In this document: positions 62,360 through 64,000 of the stretch, piece by piece
Numbering within the stretch: the stretch's first letter is position 1
Layout of the letters: each line of letters opens with the position of its first letter
Source of the DNA: Perna viridis
Taxonomy: Eukaryota
Reading direction: 5' to 3'
Assembly: GCA_037379345.1 (NCBI GenBank)
Contig: CM074511.1
Coordinates: 15,314,001-15,378,000 of the forward strand
DNA: 64,000 nt
Notes under the pieces: generated by a model
The model's input: only the letters and a program-made list of their open reading frames with translations
Databases searched by the model: none
What the model was told of the DNA's origin: nothing
Made by a program: the position numbers and the translations under genes

Positions 62360-63210
62360 TGATTAAATAGAAGAAATATTTGAAAAAATTCAATAAAAAA
62401 AAAAAGTTTTCATCTAACAATTATGACCAAAAGTACTTTAGTGTAGTGGCATTAAAACATCCTTCAATTTACAAAATGTATTTATTCCATGTTTTGTGTA
62501 TTATCAAAATACATGTACTTAACGAAAAAGTGGACTCAAAAGATTTATATTTATATGAAATCTAAGATTGATTCTAGTGAAAGTTTAACACACAAGTCAC
62601 AATACATGTACCTAATGTTCCTGGATGATCTAAATTTATTTTAACACATCATTATGTTATGTATGCTTGAGTGAACAATGTCACCTGAAGATGATAAATG
62701 TGTAGTGGTCATGGAGTAGTATTAATACCATTAAAGCAATAAGAACACTTGATCAATATGCTAGTGTTAATAATTCGAGAAACTAACATAGAGAAATTAC
62801 ATCATTGTCCATAGAACTGAATTCTGAGTTCAAAAGATTAAATACATTGTACTTTAAAAAAAAGATTAGACTATTAAACAAAATTCTGTTTATTTAATAT
62901 CACTGCCATGTGGGGGATTAATAATTTAGGATTTGCCTACTTAAAAATTTAAAACACGACAAAGAAATATGATATTCAATGGCACATTATTTACAGTAAT
63001 AGTCGCCATATCAGCTATTTTGGCACTTAATGCACTTGTATCAATTAGAAAAATAAAAGTTCAAGGACAAACGGAATGGAAATTTGCAACATGTTCCTTA
63101 AAAATGAACAATTAAAAAGATCTTATAAAGCTAAGCAAATTTAGAGTTACAAAATAGATTTATGGTTAACACAAAAAATACGTCTCTGGCACGATTAACT
63201 CAATTTTTAC

Positions 63211-63420
63211 CTGTTTTTGCGCAAAATAAATATCTCTATCTGTGGTGCCGTTTGTTGATATTTTCTTTAAGGTTGGGACAAAGGCAACCAATCGTAAAGA
63301 CTGGCCTATATTTCGTCCAACCAAATTTATCCAAATAACACACCCACCAACGCGGTGAAGGTCATCTATTTGAATTGTCTTCCCGGAAGTGAAAGGTGCG
63401 TGGAGTTACGTCCCTTTAAT
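63211..63420 (-). promoter_or_regulatory. Probable AASS promoter and non-coding first exon
   Basis: CpG-rich island; ETS motif CCGGAAGTG at 63383-63391; CCAAT at 63288-63292; minus-strand donor CAG|gtaaaa at 63211/63210 that could splice to the acceptor at 60326. Confidence 0.5.
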
Positions 63421-63805
63421 GGTGTGCATGTCAACATCATAAACATTTTGCAAAAAACGCTTTTTTTGTATTTATACCTTTGGTAAGATTTACAAAACAT
63501 TGGTGTTTAGTAGCAGTAAGCACATTATGTTCCGTTTCGAATCTTCAAGGCTTGAAAAAATTACAGATAGGAACCTGGATGACATTAAATTAATCCCTTT
63601 TGCCAGTTTTTGCATTCAACAATTCACTGTCCGGGGCAGTTTTCTGATTTGGACGCCCACTCAGAAAACAGTCACGGGCACCAAATCCCAAAAGGATTAG
63701 GATGGCAGTAGAATTACGCCATATTTTATTACTGCGATGAAAAATGTGCCTGGATCAATTTATCTCTGTGTAACGGGAGAGCATGATTTGACTCACAAAA
63801 TTCTA

Positions 63806-63847
63806 CTCCGCCACCGAGGATCGAACTCTAGACCGCTCGGTGACAAG
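63806..63847 (-). other. tRNA-like fragment (B box/T arm, GTC anticodon-like), probably repeat-derived
   Basis: Minus strand reads CTTGTCACCGAGCGGTCTAGAGTTCGATCCTCGGTGGCGGAG; no complete cloverleaf. Confidence 0.35.
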
Positions 63848-64000
63848 TCCGTTACATTTGGCGCCCTACTAAAAAACCCACTGGGTTTGATTAGCTATTT
63901 ACCTAGTGTTAGAGTCGTTCGTGGTACAAAGACTTAAGGTGGGGGGAATGTGGCAGGACGGCCTACCTGTGTTGTAGTAGGTAGTTAGTGAGATTTAAAT

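Noticed and set aside
63806-63880. Functional tRNA-Asp gene
   Set aside because: No pairing acceptor stem or proper D arm; only a T-arm/B-box-like part is present.

Overview
AT-rich, intron-rich animal genomic DNA. The repeat families look like those of a bivalve mollusc, possibly Mytilus-like (inference). Three spliced protein-coding genes were reconstructed by hand with GT-AG boundaries and consistent phases. (1) The 5' part of a NUAK/ARK5 AMPK-related kinase on the - strand: 3 coding exons, running off the left edge. (2) A complete 10-exon N-WASP/WASP gene on the + strand (18032-31334, 500 aa; WH1-basic-CRIB-polyPro-WH2-WH2-C-A), head-to-head with NUAK across a 585-bp CpG-rich interval. 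(3) A complete 22-coding-exon alpha-aminoadipic semialdehyde synthase (AASS, LKR/SDH) gene on the - strand (60296-43025, 932 aa). The introns and the WASP-AASS intergenic space hold MITEs, Helentron/HINE-like elements, SINEs with target-site duplications, a pogo/Tigger remnant, Penelope-like RT fragments and minisatellites. The most interesting observations are: a 1.7-kb TIR element carrying a USP-protease-like His-box exon; a TSD-bounded SINE-like element with no tRNA head but a highly structured 5' end; a folded RNA motif behind the Penelope-like RT; a 45-bp tandem array that multiplies a WASP splice acceptor with a built-in frameshift; and a roughly 10-fold excess of the palindrome TACATGTA. 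All calls were made by eye without database searches, so repeat family names are tentative.
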